From Basidiobolus meristosporus CBS 931.73 (Eukaryota > Fungi > Basidiobolomycota), in contig MCFE01000558.1 of NCBI GenBank assembly GCA_002104905.1, forward strand, positions 1-58,029: a DNA stretch of 58,029 bases, given 5' to 3'. A program made the position numbers and the translations under genes. The notes under the pieces are model-generated. The model saw only the letters and a program-made list of their open reading frames with translations, had not been told where the DNA came from and did no database searches. Below are positions 1-10,780 of this stretch, one piece after another (positions within the stretch are counted from its first letter, which is position 1; each line of letters starts with the position of its first letter).

Positions 1-2208
1 GAATGCTACCATTGCAATATGTCCAAATTGTCAGGAATCCACCATCATTGAGAGAAAATATTGTTCACACTCTGGATATATTCAGGTACTACCCCATTCA
101 AAGAAGCTAAAGCAGTCCAACAAGTATTGCAAAGCTACACAGTACTGCACTCAGTATCAATCAAGTGCAAACATATTCAATATACTTGATGGAAAGCATT
201 ACAAACAGCTGAGATGCAAGGGCTACTTTGAAGTTATGTATGACCATGCCTTTGCTTTAGCACTTGCTGGATTTCATTAAACACTACTCTATCAGCAAAT
301 CCTGCTGGTCACCAATTCTCATCAATCTGAATCTGCTGCCCATCTTACAGTATCAGAGCAATAATCTGATGGTAGTCTCACTGGTGTCTAGGCCTAAATC
401 ACCATCCAACCTGGATAGCTACCTGTATCCATTGCAGGATGAATTTTATGTGCTTTCCAGTGGGATAACAGTCAATGGCCATCATGTAATAGTGCATATT
501 ATTATCTGCATTAGAGATACTCAGGCCATCAGCAAGATAGCAGGTTTTTTGGGCACAATGGACAGTATTACTGTCAAATGTGTGAGATTTAGGGGATTTA
601 CTCCATAGCTCACACACATTATTATCACCCAAACACCAGCACTAAGAACATCATATTTCCACAGAGAGAATGTACAGAAGTCAGCATGCAATTGCAGCAA
701 AGTTGGCAAGCCATAAGCCATTGGCCAGAATATGGAATCAAACAGAAACTGGAGATACTTGAGATAGTGGGTGTCTGTTGGAGCAAAAGCTTTCCACTGG
801 GGCAATGCATTTGCTTTTTAACTATATCCCTATACTGATGACCAAATTGTATAAGGGTCATTTCAAGCTACATGAGCCCTTCAAGATACTGGAGAAATTT
901 GAAAGAGTTGGCATGATATTACAGAGTATCTGCTACCCTAAGTACTTCTCATGGGCTCTAATCAATATTCAAATGCATATGCAACAATACAAATGCAAAG
1001 ACTGGATGAACTGGATATGTATTTATTCAAGTGGTGTTCTGAAGCCATTCCTACAAAGAGTTCATTGGAAGCATTGGGAGTCATATGTGGACATTTTAGG
1101 AATATTTATCCAGAAGAAGATCACCAATACCAACTTGGTGCATCTACAGCTGTTGTGCAAGGAGTTTGTAATGGGATTTGAGCGGCTAAACTACAAACAT
1201 AAAACTGAGAGTGTAGATTTCTGCTGCTACTGTATCCATTGTCCACTCCATCTTGCACAGTGTGTGGAGAATATTGGGCTTTGCTTCACCTTTTGGGAGT
1301 TTCCTATGGAGCAGGTGTGTGGGGAGATAGGAGGACAAGTCAAGTTGCAGGTACTACCATGTGCCAATTTCATCCAGAATATTACCTTCAAGTCCATCAT
1401 GGATGTGATGAGTTGGCATATGGAGGATGGCCAGGAATAGTTGGAAAATACTGAGGGCAGATGTGCACATGGAGACACCTATGCCTATGGCATTAAGAAG
1501 CTAAGCAGCCCCAATGTGTGGGTAATCAGTTAAGTAATGCAAGGTTGGGTTGGGTGTAACAAGCAAATAATTTTTATAGGGAAAACTCTACCAAGGTATG
1601 CTGGATTTCTCTTGGTCACAAGCCAACTTCTACACTGTTCAATACAGAATTCACACAAATAAGAACCAAAGCGCACCTATAAGAGGGATTAGAATTCAGC
1701 AGGAGAAGGAATATATTGGCTAAATATCAAGAAGTTCTTTGTGGATATTTGGGAGGTATTCATGGAAGAAGTGGCAACAACCAAGCATGTGTTTGCAAGA
1801 TGTATGTGTTACCAGCAGTACAAGGAATATGGCAACTTTGCAAGTATCACACTAAAAAGCCGTAAAGTTGAGGTGATAGAAGTATGTCAATTGTGGCAGG
1901 TGTGCGTATTTGTAGAGGTTAGTGAGCAGGAGGCCACAGTTTTTTTGATTCAAACAATATGTGGAATACCCAAGGTAGTAGTGGGTAAGCAAATAAAGAG
2001 GGGTGATTCTACAGTGGCATATATGAGTTGCACAAGGGGATATAGTATATGATGGTGTAAAATTAGCAAAACACCATCATGATTACATCATAAGATTGTT
2101 GAGAGGATCTCTAATTCCAAGCTGCTGGTAATATGATGGTCTCTAAACAGGATCCTGATGGCTGATCTGGATTGGATCCGCCTGCGGGACCAAATTATTT
2201 ATATAGGG
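1..2208 (+). mobile_element. Degenerate CACTA/EnSpm-like DNA transposon (Transposase_21/DUF4218-like), right part; left part lies outside the window
   Basis: Fragmented ORFs carry PKSPSNLDSYLYPLQDEF, QQYKCKDWMNW and HCPLHLAQCVENIGLCFTFWEFPMEQVCG, which resemble CACTA transposases. Homology with the inverted copy at 51765-53331 ends at ...CCAAATTATTTATATAGGG (2208). Nearly CpG-free. Confidence 0.75.
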
Positions 2209-2840
2209 ATGGCTAGTACCTGAGATGTGGAGTGTTGTCAGTTTTGAGAGAGTTGGAGTCTGGCTGATATTAAGAAGATGTGCTGCTGGCCATTTCTTGG
2301 TTTTTGTTTCTTGGGGTCAGATCAGATCCATGGATGGGACCCTATTGTTGTTTGTAGGGACACTGATAGCAGGGAGGGCTCAAGAGAACTTGGAATTCTG
2401 CTGTTCCTCTGCTGGCCTTTGGTTGGTGCTTTTTCACAGGGTTGGTTTGCCCTGGTGGGTTGTGTGGACTGCATGGACTGCATCTGGTAGGGGATTGGTG
2501 GGATGGACTGCTCCAGAACACCAGTGGGTTCCCTTGGGGGTTTTTGCCCCTCCCCCTGGTATTTCCAGCATGATTCCATATTCTTTGTGTGAAGCAATCC
2601 CAGTATTCAGAAAGAATTGCTAGGTGCTGGTTGGGTTTACTATCAGGTAGAGGTTACCAGTGGATTTCTGCTTGGGTAAACTCCCCAAAGCCTGACTTGA
2701 TGTAAGCCTCTCTCCCCCCCCCTTTTGCACACCAGTTTGGAGGTGACTGACAATGGGATCACCAGTATTTCCCCATGGACCCTGCACCTTCCCTTCTAGG
2801 CATCACCATGACTGTCCTCTGCCAACTAACTTGTATGAAA
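2209..2840. repeat. CpG-free decayed repeat remnant of unknown family (possibly a gag-like fragment on the minus strand)
   Basis: No CG dinucleotide seen in about 630 bp at roughly 50% GC. Broken Q/P-rich minus-strand frames; no diagnostic motif. Confidence 0.3.
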
Positions 2841-3000
2841 ACGTAGGTAGGGGAACTCCCGGGGGATGGTTGGGTACAAGCTGGCCTTGATCCAACCGGG
2901 AAGCAGGAGATTGTGGGGGAGGGAGTGGGTCGCGGTGCAGTGACGGAACAGATGGAGGTGGAAGGAGACAGGAGGATGATGGGGGCAGATGGAATCGTCC

Positions 3001-3677
3001 TCAGTCAGGGGACAGCTCCTTGGCCTTGGCCAGGATATCCCCATGCTCCCATAAACACTCATCCCCACCGTGGAGGGCGACCTCGATCATCACCTGGGCC
3101 AGTTGGTCGACGAGGATGGTGATGGAGGGGAGGAGGTGAAGGAGGTAGGCGAGTGCCCGGTTCCACCGGGAGTTCGCGAGGATTCCCCCGGGTCGAAACA
3201 GGTGGACTCGAAGGAGGCCTCGATCCGCGCACAACTGGGTAAGGTGAGCCTCAGTACGTCCCTTGACGTAGCGGGTGATCTTCTCCAGCCAGAGGGCTCG
3301 ACTCTCCGTGGGGTCAGCCCCCAACCCGCTGAGGTAGCAGAAGCGGAGGTGGGGGTTCACGTTGGAGAGGGCGGTGGCGGTGGCGGTGGCGGCGGCCAGG
3401 GTGTACTCAAAGCTAACTCTGAGGTACTCCTCCTCGGTGGGGAAATCCGACGCCTTCCCTCCGATACACCAGACGCACGCCTCGTGGTCCCCGAGTCGGG
3501 CCAGGTGGGCGGAAGGACGGGCGAAATCTTCCACCATGATGAGGCTCAACTTGTCGTGGCGACCTTCTAGGGGCGTCTAGAAAGCACGGTCACTTGGTCG
3601 ACGGAGGCTGCTTCCAAACACCGTCGTAGCACCTCGCCTCCGACAAACCCGGTGGCACCTGTGAGAATGACTTTCAT
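3001..3677 (-). CDS. NAD(P)-binding Rossmann-fold atypical SDR (TIP30/CC3-like), intronless, with an apparent 1-nt frameshift near 3570
   Basis: ATG at 3677 gives MKVILTGATGFVGGEVLRRCL (GxxGxxG). After SRRP the frame hits TAG. The shifted frame continues LEGRHDKL...FCYLSGLGAD...VKGRTE...FRPGGIL to TGA at 3001. Confidence 0.75.
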
Positions 3678-3808
3678 GGGGTGGTTTGTAGGCAAGTGGG
3701 TTTGAGAACGCTTTTATTTTGGCCGATTCAGACACACGTCTACATGAATATATGCAAAGAGGGAGGACGATTCACGTGGTGAGGATGGCTACGGAAATAG
3801 CGGGTGGT

Positions 3809-6800
3809 TTACTGGCGCTGGGTATTGGGAGAGGGACGCTCGGCGCCCGCCGAATCCCTCAGCTCCACAATGGATAGATCATGGAACCTCTCCAGAAGCT
3901 CATACATGCTACGGCTACTCTGCTGGAACGGCCGGGAGTCGGGGTCCTTCGCGGGCTCCACGTTGGCCTGGCTTTTCTTCTCGCCCTCCTTGATGGCGCT
4001 CATGAGTTCCTTGTCGTTGAGCGCCTGGATGGGTTTGGCCTCCTGGTGGTTGGACAGCAACCCGATCAACGTCATGTAGACGGTGTGTCGGTGGGCGCGG
4101 GACTCGTGGAGCTTCAGCGACACCTGGACGTGGTCGAACACGTTGAATTCGATGGTCTTCGAGGAGTCGAGGATGGTGACCGTGATCCGCGTGGCATCCG
4201 AGTCAACACTGCATCTTGGAAGATAGGTGGAATCTACAGGGGAAAAGCATTCGTCACCAGCAGTCGCCACGACGATCAACCCGATCGAACTTACCATCTG
4301 AGGGGCGGCCAGAGATCAGCGACTGCGGAACGATGTTGTGTCCATCCTTGTCCTTCAAGTAGACAGGACCCTTGATTCCAAATCTAGCAATGGCAATCTC
4401 GGTCAGCAGGGAGACCCACAAAGTGATCATGTGACCCGTCTACCTTGGTACGAACACAAAGAAACCGTTATCTCGGATCTCACTGATGATCCCCTTTTCG
4501 AGGATGGGCCCGTTCTTGGACTGCAATGCAAGCATCAGCTCTGCGCTCCCTCGAGTGCGCTACAGTGGTGGAAATGCATACCTTCTGCATGACATAGAGA
4601 CTCTGGAACAGCTCGATCGAATCCTACGTTGGGGCGTGGTTAGCGGGAGGCACGCCGGATGCTAATACCGCAACAAATGTACCTTCGAGGCAAACTTGGC
4701 CTCACGGGACTTGGAGTTGAGATGTGTGGCGATTTCGGACAATTTGCTGTTGCTCTCAACAACCGAGTGATGAGGGAGGGCAGTCTTCGGGGAAGCCAAC
4801 GTGGCAAGCAGCTGTCTGTGAACCACCAAATCGGCGTACCGACGAATAGGGGACTAGGAAAGAATGGATAAATGCGAGTTCCGAACAGAAGGGCTAGGAA
4901 ACCGAACCAACAGTGAAGTGAGTGTAAAACTCCAGGGCAAGGCCGAAGTGATAGAAATCGGCCACATCGTAGGAACCGGAGGAGATGTACCTAAAACGCC
5001 GGTGAGTCGTGCTCGTACTCTAAAATGCTCGCCTAATGGTGCACAGAGGAACATACCCAGCCTCCTGCATGGCCATGGTAGCCATGGTCTTCAGCATCAC
5101 CACAAAGTCTTTATCCTGTTGATTCTTCTGAGCCAATTGCAACGAGATTGCCAGGGTGGCGTTGCTGGAAGTGTTGATTTTCAATCCCTGGGTGGAGAAG
5201 GTGAATCTCGGTTGCTACCTCCGATTTCCTTGCTATGTTCGTTACCCTGGTTTCCGCCGCCTGTTTCAACTGGCGGAAGTGACTTTCAACCGGAGACGGA
5301 TGTCTTCTCAGCATCGCTGAATGCTTGAAGGTGCTGAAGATCTTCTTCGCCACCGATGTGTTGGCGAGAATCATCGCTTCTTCGACGATCTTGTGGACCT
5401 CCAGAGGCTCTTTGGGGAGTGCAGCCGAATTAAAGATAAACGATGGGGATAGCAATGATGAGGGTTGACAATGAGCATTAAAGCCCCTTCGTCATGCAAA
5501 GGATATGAATATCAGCGATCCCATCGCCTTCGGAGAACTTGAACTTGACCTCTGTGCTCTCAAGCTCTAGAGCACCATCAGCGAATCTTCTAGCCTAAAG
5601 AGTCTGGCTCAGCAATAGTGCTTAGCATGCTATCCGGGCTCACTCACTCTGATTTCCCGGAAGATCGAGGCCAGTCGCTTGATACATTTCCGGAATAACT
5701 CCTCCTTGGAGCGGTCTTGGAGGGAAATGACCGAGAGTCAGATCAGGGAATAGTACGAATGTGGCGAAAAGGGCTTACCAATGCCAGGAACATTCCTTTT
5801 CCCATCCAACAGGGCCTGCGCTTGCTCGTAGGCCATCTCACGAGCCGAACGAATCACAGTTTGGCCGAACGAGGTGGCTTTTATATTGTACTTGGAGTCC
5901 AGGATCCAAAACACCGACACTAAATAGAAGAAGCGTGAGGACTGTTCCGAGAAAGAAACCGGCTACGTGGTGTACCAGCAAATCTATCGACGTTCTCCCG
6001 CAGAGAGCAGACTTGCTCACTCAAAACTTGGGGCAGCATGTCGAATCTCCGGTCAGCCAGATAAACCGTCGTCCCTCTGCCAAAGAGATATTAATGAGCA
6101 TATCTGGGCTGCGAAGCTGCCAAGTAAACGTACCGAGCCCTCGCTTCGAGATCAGTTGCACTATTTTCCAGCACGAAGGATGACACATCGGCAATATGTA
6201 CACCAACTTCGAAGTCACCATTAGGAAGCTCCTGGACAGACAGAGCATCTGTGTTCATAAATGTTAGCAATGGTCAAAGGCTTTGCAAGGGCCAAAGCAC
6301 CGATTTGTACCGTCGATATCTTGGCAGCCCGGGGGATCGATACTGAGAACCACGTTAATGAAGGGGCACCCAAGCGCCTAGAACTTGGAGTCAATGGAAT
6401 ACCTGAACACTGTGTGAGTGAAGCGAATGTCGCGACGACTGCGGATTTCCTCCTAAACGAAATCAGTGGGTGAGTGGTTGGCCAGTGGACATCCCTTGGT
6501 TGGTGCACACCTGGGTTGGTTTCCAAGGGCTTTCCTTGGTATTGATTGGCATTTCCTTTAGCGACGCAGCGCTGAAAGCCGATGATGACTGGGAAACCGA
6601 GATGTTATGTTCAACCAAGATGGCAGAGATCTCAGTGTCAAGCTGATGAATGGGTCCTGAGAATCGAAGGGGTTAGGATTGGGCGTGTGAGTGTCCCTAG
6701 AGGTAGACTTGCCTAAGGATCGGACATAGTGGCCGTTGGGGTATTGCGAGGTGGTTTCCCTGCAGCCAGGTGTTAGCGAGGGTCGACCAGTTATTTCCGA

Positions 6801-8554
6801 GCAACATTACCAGCTGTCAATCCGCACAACGATTCGATCGTTCTGGATGGACCGGATGTTGTGGTGGCGAATACGGATTTTGGGGATGACAGGGTCTAGC
6901 GGGACAACCAAGTGGAAAGAGCCACCCTATGCTACGGTTAGTGGTGGCTGTGGAGAGGGAAAGCGGAGCCATCTTCTTACCTGATCCACAGCATCGATCT
7001 GTACGGTAGCAACGTACGACCTCCAATTCCTCGTTATCACCCCAACCACCCGTCCAGTTGGTCGTTTGAGCCCGCTCTTCCCCCTTTGTGGTGCAAGGCC
7101 TTTGATAGGTTAGCTTTGCGCTGGCAAAGTCAGTAGCTGTATATTTACCAGCGTCTGGTGTGCTGCTCTCATCAATGCGGTATATCGAATCCGAGGGATG
7201 TGTCCACTCGCTCTCTGGTAGGAGCTCAACTGCAACTATGTCTCCGGGGACTGCGGCGCAAAAGGGTAAGCAGAGGTTACGGTTGATCCACGAGGCATGT
7301 CGACTTACTCGCCCGGTTTCTGTCAGTCTCGCCAACTATCATAATGCCATTGGGAAAGCTTGAGCTGTTCTCGACATAGGCGTTCTGGCGATTCCCGTTG
7401 CTGATTCGAAGCATCCCCTTGAAAAGCACGTTGGATTTGACCCCTGCTTCAATCTCCTCACTCGACTTGTACTTAACGGCCGTTAGATTTGGCGGGCGTT
7501 CCCGGAGAGAACGTGCTACTAACCTCAACGTATCTGGCCCCGCTCGACCCACTAGACGTGCTCTCCTTCCCGTTGAGACACGACTGGATCCTGATACTGA
7601 GCTCCTTTTCCTCAAGAACAATGTCCTTCAACGACAGGAATAAATCGTGTAACGCCTGGTGATTGGGCCAGTGAGTCTCAAGGAACTGCTCGACATTGCA
7701 CACCTTCACCTGCGCCTCGTCCATGGTGCCAGTGTAATCTTCAGGGCCGAACTACGGGCGAGAGCAGTTGAGAACCCTAAGCAGACAGCATGCTGGAAGA
7801 ATGGAAGCCTTTACCTTTTCGGATAATATCAGGATGGGGACTTGGGATTTCAAGTGAGAGCTGTACCAATCGGCGGTGGAGCAGATCGCTTCAACAACGA
7901 ACTGAGTTACTGCATCGCGCGAAGCCACATTCTACAAAAGGTTTACCTCGCCATTCACGGGCAGGGATTGATTCACCAGGAAGTCTCTGAACATATGTTT
8001 GGCTTAAATACTCATTGTAGAAGAGCACGCAATTCCGGCGGGAATCGGCAATGATTTGTCGTAGAGTGCGGTAGGTTCTTGCTTTTTCGACTAATTGTAA
8101 CTAGGCGTTGAATAGAAAGGTTACTACCACCCTTAGGTCGATAGGAAGTGTCATCGAGTACCCCAGTGGCTACTGTCTGCGTGAATATGATGTTGAGCAA
8201 TTCTTCGTGCTCTAAGATCTCCAAGTACCGATTGACAACCTAAAAGTCGAGAACACATCAGACAGGAGGGGTGGTAAATGGCGGGAGTAGACAGGGCTTA
8301 CGGAGCTGTCTGGGATTATGTAATACTGAGCTTCACTCGACAAGGAAGCGCCGGTTGTAAAGGTATTCTTGCAAACAGAATTATTGCAGAGTTGTGACTG
8401 GCAAGGAAGGTCATTTCGAAGGTATTCTGGAGACTATATCTTAGTATTCAAAGAGCCGTTTACAGCATTCCCAAACATCCCTACGTTCTCTGACTTGTTT
8501 TACTAAAGCGTTTTTCTTCGTTTTACGGAAGAAGCTACGATCCGTTTTCAACAT
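3809..8554 (-). CDS. DIS3L: DIS3-like exoribonuclease 1 (PIN-CSD-RNB-S1), multi-exon
   Basis: Spliced reading gives N-terminal [84 protein letters not shown] and [20 protein letters not shown], and C-terminal [23 protein letters not shown], which resembles metazoan DIS3L. Confidence 0.88.
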
Positions 8555-8760
8555 ATTGCCAACTACACACACGAAAGTGGGCTAACTCCAGCAGCTCAGG
8601 TTATTTGAAAGGTTGTGAGGATCCAGATGATCAGATTTATCATTGAAATTGCTGCACATATAGCCAATCCCCTAACGACATCATCTCATATCCCTTGAAA
8701 TTCAATGGGGCTCCTAGACCGTGTGGCAGTTTAAGCTTCACTTGATAAATATCTCCAGGA

Positions 8761-10279
8761 ATGGCCACTTTTGAGGAACAGCGGGAAAAAGGTAGAGATT
8801 TACTCGGCTTCGCCACCCACGAGTCCAGACAAGTTCCTTTAATCGAACTACTGCTAAATTTGTCTGCCTTTCGACGTAGACGCAGAATCATTGGTTGACG
8901 AGGATGAGGAAATGACGGAGGAACAGAGAGGTCCATTTCAATTGCTGTCGGTTGCGCATGTCGAACAAGTAGGCTAAATCGATTTCTTTAGTGCAAATGG
9001 CCGACGGTGTGCAACAGGTCGAGAAGGTTCTGGGGAAAACCTCACACATAAGTAGAGACGTCATCGAAGATACACTGTGGTACTATTATTTCGACGTGGA
9101 GCAAACCATAGATTATTTGCGAGGTAACTGATTGTTTGATGAACGCTGTAGCCCACAGAATTGACACGCCATATTTTTTTGTCAGCCAAATATCCGGATA
9201 GTTTGATATCCAGCCTCTCTGAAGACCAAGGTGACTCTTTTATTCTTCTTGAGCCTCACTCTAGCTAACCTTTGCTTATAGAGGAAGCCAAATCTGGAAC
9301 CAAGTCAATTGCGGATGACCCTCTACCGCTCAGCACACAAATGGGTACACAGTCAAAACCCAACCCTACCACTATGAGTAAGCTCACTGAGGCATCAAGC
9401 AAATTATCACTCAACGATATTACCTCTCGGCTTTCATTGCAATCCAGCTCCCTCAGCTCAGCTACCAAGAAACTCGCTACAGACGCAACGAAAAATGACA
9501 AGCCACTTCTCTCTTTAGGCTCGAATTCTCTCTCTAAATCTACCATTAAGCCAGGCTTCGTCACAAACCTCTCAGGGAAACCTGGCTCAGCTCTCCATAC
9601 TCTCAAACCCATCGCACCCCTAACATCCACCCTTTCTAAATGCAGCGCCCCAGGGCTACAGTCACAATCGCTGTCAAACAGTCTCAAACACAGCAGCTCG
9701 ATATCATTGAGAGACTTGGGCACAAACAGTGGCCAGGCCGCTGCTAAGGAGCCCGCACATCGTAATATTATCAGTAGCGCATTGAGTGCATTATCCCAGT
9801 TACCAACAACTGGCGACAAGCCGGCTAAAAATACCTCATCCAAGTTGAATATAACCAGGACTGCTCCGATTAAGCCTCTATCAACCCGCGACTCGAGCAA
9901 TATGGCATCTTTAACACCAAAGAAGACTCTAAAAGAGATGACAGATTCTAACAGGTCCAAATTGCAGAGCGCAAACCCGGCAACACCTCCATCCGACGAG
10001 ATCTCTCCCAACGACACCACAACTATGGAAGCATCTCTCCACAAATCGAATTTGGTTGCGTCTCCCTCTGTGTTTGCTATCTCGGTGTTCGAGAACCTAG
10101 ACCAAGAGCATGAACGAGCATCGTTTTCGGCCAAGGACGATTGCAAGTTCTTTTATTCAATCCAATCCGAACACCTTCCGAAGCTTGTTAAACCTTTCAA
10201 ATTCGATTCGCCTAGTCCTGATGATATTGTACTGGTTGCACAAAGTCACCGCAGTGGTGGGAAGTTGGAAGTAAAATGA
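8761..10279 (+). CDS. HBS1 N-terminal domain plus Ski7-like (HBS1Lv3-like) exosome/SKI adaptor, no GTPase domain
   Basis: Phase-consistent GT-AG exons give MATFEEQREKDAESLVDEDEEMTEEQRVQMADGVQQVEKVLG..IEDTLWYYYFDVEQTIDYL (HBS1_N-like). A long Ser/Lys-rich exon follows with ASPSVFA and PFKFDSPSPDDIVLVAQ, ending at TGA 10279. The start codon is tentative. Confidence 0.8.
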
Positions 10280-10780
10280 GCTGGAGTAATCGCGCAGAAA
10301 AGTGAAAGCACGCCAAGTAGACGTTTATCGGTTGAAGATACCAATTCTGTTTTATGTACAAATTTCTGCTCAAAGATGCCTGGTTGATTTCCGCACTAGT
10401 CACACAGTATACATAATAGATCTAATAGAATATGAGTTGGTGAAATGTCTTGCAAAGTCGCAGTTGACAGAGGTCGTTTTAGCTATAAGTATTTGTTGCG
10501 TTTCCTGAGCGCTGTATATGTTAGTCGCTGTCGTCTGTGCATCGCCTTCTTAGTTGGTGAGTTCTTACTGAACTCTTGGGCTACATCGGGACTCTCCTTA
10601 ATACCTGAACCAAGACTTGTGAGTGTGTGGATGAACCCGGTTCTGACGAACAGGTAATGCTTACATGGAAGGTCCCCTTTAATCTGGAGTTCATGGGGAG
10701 GGTTTTTGTATCTTTTGGTGGCCTTCTTCAAACTTGTCGATTTACTGTTCGAAATATTGCATTCACTGTCTACTCCCATA

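Noticed and set aside
3370-3396. (GGCGGT)n repeat resembling a telomere variant
   Set aside because: It encodes the in-frame ATATATA tract of the SDR.
9265-10146. 293-aa antisense ORF
   Set aside because: Shadow of the Ser-rich Ski7-like exon; no motif.
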